Of a stretch of DNA of 24,000 nucleotides, positions 19,270 to 24,000 are shown piece after piece. Under the pieces are notes generated by a model that ran no database searches, was not told the DNA's origin, and saw nothing but the letters and a program-made list of their open reading frames with translations. The position numbers were made by a program, and so were the translations under genes. Origin of the DNA: Bacillus sp. HMF5848 (GTDB lineage Bacteria > Bacillota > Bacilli > Bacillales > HMF5848); the NCBI RefSeq assembly GCF_003944835.1, contig NZ_RWIV01000001.1, positions 2,800,530 to 2,824,529 on the forward strand, read 5' to 3'. The number at the start of each line of letters is the position of its first letter. Position 1 is the stretch's first letter.

Positions 19270-19674
19270 ATGGGAGTTCGTTTTCTTAAGATTGCGGCAT
19301 TATATTTTCTTATTGGAGTTGGAATTGGCATTTTTATGGAATCAGCAGGTGATCATGCGCTTAAGGGGGTACATGCTCATGTAAACTTAGTTGGTTGGGC
19401 CTCTATGGCCATTTTTGGGTTTATGTATCATTTATTTCCTAAGCTAGGAGAATCAATCCTCGGGAAAATTCATTTCTGGGCGTACAATATTTCCCTTCCT
19501 CTCTTTATGTTAGGTCTTGGTTTTCTTCTGTACGGGAATGCTACATTATTACCATTAGTCATAATCGGAGCCAATGTATTAGCTCTAAGTGTTGTAATTT
19601 TTGTTATTAATGTATTTGTTAATTTAAAAGCACAAGATGTATCTAGACTTAAAGACCAAAATTTATCGATGTAA
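19270..19674 (+). CDS. Small four-TM membrane protein with an HxH...GW histidine motif; function unknown
   Basis: 134-aa hydrophobic ORF. ATG lies 6 nt after AAGGGGGA. The motif GDHALKGVHAHVNLVGW...FMYH resembles metal/heme-ligand helices of heme-copper oxidase or NorB-type proteins. It is followed by a strong terminator. Confidence 0.7.
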   Translation: MGVRFLKIAALYFLIGVGIGIFMESAGDHALKGVHAHVNLVGWASMAIFGFMYHLFPKLGESILGKIHFWAYNISLPLFMLGLGFLLYGNATLLPLVIIGANVLALSVVIFVINVFVNLKAQDVSRLKDQNLSM

Positions 19675-19678
19675 AAGC

Positions 19679-19707
19679 AACGGCAAGGTCCTTTTGACCT
19701 TGCCGTT
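19679..19707 (+). terminator. Rho-independent terminator (perfect 12-bp stem)
   Basis: AACGGCAAGGTC-CTTTT-GACCTTGCCGTT followed by TTAGTAT, 4 nt after the stop of the 134-aa ORF. Confidence 0.75.
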
Positions 19708-19880
19708 TTAGTATACTTAGCTAGATGCTACGATTTAAAGACTATCCGTAGCACCTTAACCTTATAGGTATTTTTCTCAGATACTCTATACGATTAATAT
19801 TACTCAATTTTTTTTAAATAAGACTTTTACATTCCTTTTGATCGTGTTGTACATTATTAATTATGACTTCTTTTTGACAT

Positions 19881-19915
19881 AAAAACACCCCTTTAGATAA
19901 TTAATCCAAAGGGGT
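19881..19915 (-). terminator. Rho-independent terminator after nrdJ
   Basis: Minus strand reads ACCCCTTT, a 13-nt loop, AAAGGGGT, then GTTTTTAT. It lies about 90 nt after the nrdJ stop. Confidence 0.6.
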
Positions 19916-20005
19916 AAAACAGTGCAACTTTTTTATAAACAGTTAATCTTTATTTAAAACGGTTAAACTTTCTTTCAAATCTACAAGTTTGCTTTTTTTA
20001 GTTTT

Positions 20006-21775
20006 TTATAATCCACATTTCAATTGCGCACCGCAGCTTGTACATGTATTGCAACCACCTAGGTCCTCGACTGTTCCTTGGCGACAAACGGGACAGATGT
20101 TGCCTACTTCAGATCCAATAGTTACGTCAGTTGCATGCAAATCAATAATTGTATCGACAATGACGACAGGCTTCTTTTCATTCTCTAGAAGTTCGAGTTG
20201 ATCGCCGTCATCTAAAGTATTTTCTTCTGCTTTTAGCGTTAACACCTGTGTATCACGACTTCCATCAACGTACACTGTGCCGCCTTTTGCGCCACCTTTG
20301 TATAATCTCTCATACACTTTCTCTACTTGTTCTACGGTGTATCCTCGCGGAGCGTTTACGGTTTTACTAATGGAACTGTCAATCCAACGCTGAATGACGC
20401 ATTGGACATCCGCATGTGCTTCGGCTGATAATTCCATCGCAGACACAAACCAATGTGGTAAATTATTTGGGTCTGCTTCAGGATGCTGTTCTAAATATTC
20501 TTGAACAATATCTGCTTTTACTTCGATAAACTTCCCAAGACGTCCACTTCGGAAATATGAGAAGGAAAAATAAGGTTCTAATCCTGTTGATACTCCTACC
20601 ATTGTCCCTGTACTTCCCGTTGGGGCAACAGTCAATAAATGAGAATTTCGTATACCGTATTTCAAAATATCTTCTCTTACATGAATAGGCATCTTTTTCA
20701 TAAAGCCTGAATTAGTGAAGGCTTCGCGCAAAGATATCGTTTCTTCTTCTGTTTCACCGACTAAAAACGGGAAGCTGCCTTTTTCCTTCGCCAATTCAAT
20801 CGACTCTTCATAAGCCGTAACAGCTATCGTTTCGAAGACTTTATCGACTAACGCATTACCAGGCTCAGATCCATACTCCGTTTCACAGTATATGAGAAGA
20901 TCATGCAAGCCCATGACACCAAGACCGACGCGTCGTTCGCCCAGTGCTTGCTTTTTGTTTTCATTTAAAAAGTATGGTGTCGCATTAATAACGTTATCCT
21001 GAAGTCTAACGCCAACACGAACGGTTTCTTTTAATTTTTCAATGTTTAGCGTTTTTGTTTGCTTATCCGCCATATTTGCTAAGTTCACTGCAGCCAAATT
21101 ACAAACAGAATACGGCGCGAGTGGCTGCTCCCCGCACGGATTAGTCGCGACTACCTTTTGACCATAAGCACGAGCGTTTGTCATGTCATTCGCATTATCC
21201 ATAAAAAATATACCAGGTTCCGCTGAATATGTCGCACATACGTTGACTAAATTCCAAAGCTCTTTTGCTTGAATCTTTCGGTACGTACGAACTTTGTAAC
21301 CCATTGCTTCCCATTCTCGTACATCGCCGACTTCATGCCACTTTTCATTATAATCTTTCATATCACTAGCATTATAGCTTTCTACATCAGGAAAACGCAG
21401 TTCGTACACATCATCACGATCTACTGCATCCATAAAGTCCTTCGTTAAACAAACTGAAATATTGGCACCTGTTAAGAATTCAGAGTTATGTACACTATAC
21501 GTGCCCCCTGTTTTTAACTTTTGCGCTGCATCCGCAATAATTTTTTCATCAAAGCCGCCATTACCTTCAATATTACGATAATTCACAATGCTTTGGTACA
21601 TGACGCGCTCTTGCTCCGTTAAAGGTGTAAACTTCAATTTATCTTGTGCTGCTTTTCTGATTTGCTCATCGTTTGTGATTTCTATTAAATAACGGAGTAT
21701 TCTTGGATTTTGCATTTTAGAGATAATAAATTCAATTATATCTGGGTGCCAATCGGCGAGCATTATCATTTGAGC
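20006..21775 (-). CDS. nrdJ: Class II (adenosylcobalamin-dependent) ribonucleotide reductase, exon 2 (C-terminal 589 aa)
   Basis: Begins AQMIMLADWHPDIIEFIISK. Contains the catalytic NPCGEQPL motif (thiyl-radical Cys plus Glu), VCNLAAVNL and TVAPTGSTG, and a C-terminal Cys-rich tail. The tracked TTG 'start' has no RBS, and its last G is assigned here as the intron's terminal G. Join with 22130..22924 for an 854-aa protein. Confidence 0.93.
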   Translation of the reverse strand, partial: AQMIMLADWHPDIIEFIISKMQNPRILRYLIEITNDEQIRKAAQDKLKFTPLTEQERVMYQSIVNYRNIEGNGGFDEKIIADAAQKLKTGGTYSVHNSEFLTGANISVCLTKDFMDAVDRDDVYELRFPDVESYNASDMKDYNEKWHEVGDVREWEAMGYKVRTYRKIQAKELWNLVNVCATYSAEPGIFFMDNANDMTNARAYGQKVVATNPCGEQPLAPYSVCNLAAVNLANMADKQTKTLNIEKLKETVRVGVRLQDNVINATPYFLNENKKQALGERRVGLGVMGLHDLLIYCETEYGSEPGNALVDKVFETIAVTAYEESIELAKEKGSFPFLVGETEEETISLREAFTNSGFMKKMPIHVREDILKYGIRNSHLLTVAPTGSTGTMVGVSTGLEPYFSFSYFRSGRLGKFIEVKADIVQEYLEQHPEADPNNLPHWFVSAMELSAEAHADVQCVIQRWIDSSISKTVNAPRGYTVEQVEKVYERLYKGGAKGGTVYVDGSRDTQVLTLKAEENTLDDGDQLELLENEKKPVVIVDTIIDLHATDVTIGSEVGNICPVCRQGTVEDLGGCNTCTSCGAQLKCGL

Positions 21776-22129
21776 CAAGATTTGTTACTCACTCTATCGA
21801 GTGGGACAGGTCATTTCTGCCTGTCTCTTACACTTTCATGTAAGTTCAGACTATATCTTCAAAGAACATCTTTGTCTTGCGCCCCAATAGTCTAGTTACC
21901 TCAGACTATGGCTTACTTCTTCCATATACCTGTTTTTACTTAGGAAGTTTCAGTAGTCGTTGAACGTTCATCTTTGTTTCCAAAGACGCTTCGCTGCTGA
22001 TTGCCCATTGTTATATCTTAATACTTTTAAAACGTTCACGCTTGCTGTTACCAGCTACGTTGTAGTGTATTAAGCTTTAGGGGTTTCCAGCAATTCGCAA
22101 GATTCGTTTATAGACGAGGCACACTATTT
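21776..22129 (-). ncRNA. Group I self-splicing intron (IA-like, no ORF) interrupting nrdJ
   Basis: 354 nt. The 5' exon ends in U (22130) and the intron ends in G (21776). P1 pairs exon AGACGUGGU (22138-22130) with intron GCCUCGUCU (22120-22112), with a U-G at the splice site. Core elements by eye are P AAUUGCUGGAAACCCC (22095-22080), Q AAUCAGCAGC (22002-21993), R GUUCAACGACUAC (21965-21953) and S AAGAUAUAGUCU (21859-21848). P pairs with Q (UUGCUG/CAGCAG) and R pairs with S (GACUA/UAGUC). Stable 3' hairpins follow. An in-frame stop lies two codons into the insert. Confidence 0.85.
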
Positions 22130-22924
22130 ACCACGTCTTGATCCACCTTGTTCAACTAAATGAGTCAATTTAGCAATATCGTCTAACCATGATACTGAAC
22201 CAGATGATTTTCCATTAACACCTCGTGCTAACGTGTTACGTGGTCTCAATGTTGAACCGTTCGTACCAACGCCACCACCGCGACTCATAATCTCCATCAC
22301 TTGTTTACGGTGTTCCGAGATACCTTCACGAGAATCCGGTACGAAAGGCATAACATAACAATTAAAAAAAGTCACTTCGGTTTGAGAGCCAGCTCCGTAT
22401 AATACACGACCAGCAGGCACAAAATTTAAGTTCACTAGCTGTTTATAAAATTTTCGAAACCACTCCTGGCGTTTTTCTTCCGTTTTTTCGACAGCGGCTA
22501 ACCCTGTAGCATTACGCATGGCAATTTGCTCATAAAATACTTCAAGTGGTTTTTCAATTACATCTAGTGAGCGACACACCATACCTGTTTGAATCTCTTG
22601 TTCGCCTTCTAGTACTCCACGGTATTCTTCCTCAACAAGTACAGTCGCTTTTTTTTCAATCCAATCAATATCTTGTATAAATCCTAGACCACGCGCCGGA
22701 AACTTAGGGTCCTCTTTAATAGTAAGGACAACAAAATCCCCTTTAGAAAGCGTCACCTTTTCTGTATCCTTAAACGCATATCGATCAAGCATAACAAGAC
22801 GAGACACACCTTTATGTGTAATATTCATTTCAGGTGTGACTGGATGAACCTGTGGGAATAAAGAGATATCTTTATTTAAACTCTCAACATTTATTCCCGA
22901 CTGCGGATTAAGCACCACCGACAT
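22130..22924 (-). CDS. nrdJ: Class II ribonucleotide reductase, exon 1 (N-terminal 265 aa)
   Basis: MSVVLNP...GVSRLVMLDRYAFKD...FFNCYVMP...GGGVGTNGSTLRPR...LVEQGGSRRG is typical of NrdJ N-terminal and active-site regions. RBS AGGAG lies 8 nt upstream of the ATG. The ORF as tracked continues K-stop into the intron. Confidence 0.93.
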
Positions 22925-23061
22925 TTCACCAGCTCCTATTCTTCTCTATTAAACTTTAAATTAAAAAGCTTGCCATTTTAAGGCATAGCTTGATGTAAAT
23001 AACTCTATGTTGTGTTATGTCTAATTATCAACATAGATAACGTACCATATTCTTCTACAAC

Positions 23062-23077
23062 AATCAATATATAGTGT
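23062..23077 (-). promoter_or_regulatory. NrdR-box-like palindrome (proximal)
   Basis: AATCAATATATAGTGT matches 14 of 16 positions of the published NrdR box consensus acaCwAtATaTwGtgt. It lies about 140 nt upstream of the nrdJ ATG. Confidence 0.5.
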
Positions 23078-23094
23078 GTTCTTTTTACCGAATA

Positions 23095-23110
23095 ATACTA
23101 CATATTGTGT
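23095..23110 (-). promoter_or_regulatory. NrdR-box-like palindrome (distal)
   Basis: ATACTACATATTGTGT matches 14 of 16 positions of the NrdR consensus. It lies 33 bp from the proximal box, about three helical turns, as in known tandem NrdR sites. Confidence 0.5.
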
Positions 23111-23244
23111 TTTGTTTATATTGTTTTTAATTTGTCAAACAAAGGATTTATAGATAAGAAGAGTTTTTTGAAGAAAAAAGATGATATTTGCTGAATTAGT
23201 GGTTTTTTTGAAGAAATTTCAAACTTGCATATTTAATAAGTAGG

Positions 23245-23281
23245 AAAAAGGTAATATTGGTAGTGTCCCACCAATATTACC
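23245..23281 (-). terminator. Rho-independent terminator after lipM
   Basis: Minus strand reads GGTAATATTGG, a 10-nt loop, CCAATATTACC, then TTTTTCC. The 11-bp stem overlaps the lipM stop codon. Confidence 0.8.
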
Positions 23282-24000
23282 TCCGAAAATTCCATTCATC
23301 TGTCGCATATTTACTACTAGCAAGTTGTTGCACATAATATTCCTGATCCTGTGTAAGACGATACTCCTCAAGTGTAATTGAAAGGGCATCTTCAAATCCT
23401 TGCTTAAAGGCTGCCTTTGCCTCAATTAAAGTAACAGGAGTTTCTCGCAATTCGTTAATGGCGACAGCCTTATTTTTAAATGCTCGCTGCATACGTTCTT
23501 TAACTCGTTCGTTAGGATACAGGAATAAACTAAATAATAAATCTTCATCTAAATCTAGTAGGATCGAACCATGCTGCAGTATTACTCCTTTTTGCCTTGT
23601 TTGTGCACTTCCTGCAACCTTTCTCCCCTCGACAACAAGCTCATACCAGCTCGGTGCATCAAAGCAAACTGATGAACGAGGATTTTTCAAATCTGCCTTT
23701 TCTTCTTCGGTTCTCGGAATAGCAAAATATGCATCAAGACCTAAAGAGCGAAAACCATTTAAAATACCTTCTGATATAACACGATAGGCTTCTGTAACCG
23801 TTTTAGGCATCTCCGGATGACTCTCTGTTACAATAACACTGTATGTAAGCTCGTTATCATGTAACACACCTCGACCACCCGTTGGTCTACGGACAAATCC
23901 AAGATTGTTGTCTCTTACTACTTGCATGTTAATCTCTTTTTCGGCCTTCTGAAAGTACCCGATTGAAAGAGTTGCTGGTGACCAGCCGTAAAAACGAATA
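23277..24000 (-). CDS. lipM: Octanoyl-[GcvH]:protein N-octanoyltransferase LipM (5' end outside window)
   Basis: Very close to B. subtilis LipM ([17 protein letters not shown]; [14 protein letters not shown]; [45 protein letters not shown]). The frame stays open upstream of the tracked Met to the window edge (..[24 protein letters not shown]), so the gene is truncated by the window. Confidence 0.93.
   Translation of the reverse strand, partial: IRFYGWSPATLSIGYFQKAEKEINMQVVRDNNLGFVRRPTGGRGVLHDNELTYSVIVTESHPEMPKTVTEAYRVISEGILNGFRSLGLDAYFAIPRTEEEKADLKNPRSSVCFDAPSWYELVVEGRKVAGSAQTRQKGVILQHGSILLDLDEDLLFSLFLYPNERVKERMQRAFKNKAVAINELRETPVTLIEAKAAFKQGFEDALSITLEEYRLTQDQEYYVQQLASSKYATDEWNFRR

Noticed and set aside
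21710-21895. 61-aa plus-strand ORF overlapping the intron as a possible homing endonuclease
   Set aside because: It is antisense to the intron and starts inside exon 2. It has no RBS and none of the LAGLIDADG, GIY-YIG, HNH or His-Cys motifs. It is too short.
20006-22924. nrdJ as a pseudogene or naturally split two-subunit RNR
   Set aside because: Both halves are full length with all catalytic motifs intact. The break falls exactly inside a conserved motif, and the second half lacks an RBS and an ATG. The 354-nt spacer has group I intron core elements and correct splice-site nucleotides, so splicing is the simpler explanation.
23164-23216. 13-nt direct repeat TTTTTTGAAGAAA (23164-23176 and 23204-23216) upstream of nrdJ
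   Set aside because: It is a very low-complexity A/T sequence, which is expected by chance in AT-rich promoters. It might act as an UP-like element but there is no specific support.
22925-23245. Cobalamin riboswitch upstream of the B12-dependent nrdJ
   Set aside because: I can find no B12-box-like sequence or GC-rich multi-helix core. The region is AT-rich. B12 riboswitches usually control B12-independent isozymes or transporters rather than nrdJ.
1-24000. CRISPR arrays, IS elements/transposases, integrases, tRNA or rRNA genes, and toxin-antitoxin or defence-system cassettes
   Set aside because: I saw no spaced direct-repeat arrays, terminal inverted repeats with a transposase ORF, cloverleaf-capable conserved tRNA motifs, or unexplained multi-gene cassettes. 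Apart from the two unassigned membrane proteins already reported (15643-16359 and 19270-19674), every sizeable ORF is accounted for by a housekeeping or sporulation gene.

Overview
This is a low-GC Bacillaceae (endospore-former) chromosomal segment. It is almost entirely syntenic with the B. subtilis yqi/yqh region, and nearly all genes are on the minus strand. In map order: the 5' end of a probable ispA, xseB, xseA, folD, nusB, yqhY (Asp23 family), accC, accB, the eight-gene spoIIIAH-to-spoIIIAA operon with a near-consensus sigma-E promoter, yqhV, efp, yqhT (Xaa-Pro aminopeptidase), aroQ, yqhR, two plus-strand membrane proteins, yqhO (patatin-like), mntR, and lipM (runs off the window end).

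Between mntR and lipM lies a block absent from that position in B. subtilis 168. It holds splB (spore photoproduct lyase), a 134-aa His-motif membrane protein, and a class II (B12-dependent) ribonucleotide reductase gene, nrdJ.

The main finding is that nrdJ is split into two ORFs by a 354-nt intervening sequence (21776..22129, minus strand). This sequence has the hallmarks of a self-splicing group I intron:
- a P1 helix with a U-G pair at the 5' splice site
- a terminal G
- recognisable P, Q, R and S core elements
- an in-frame stop two codons into the insert
- exact restoration of the conserved GGSRRG|AQM..L..HPD motif on removal

It carries no homing-endonuclease ORF. Tandem NrdR-box-like palindromes lie upstream of nrdJ. 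I saw no rRNA, tRNA, CRISPR array, transposase or IS element. Promoter and terminator calls were made by eye and are less certain than the CDS calls.
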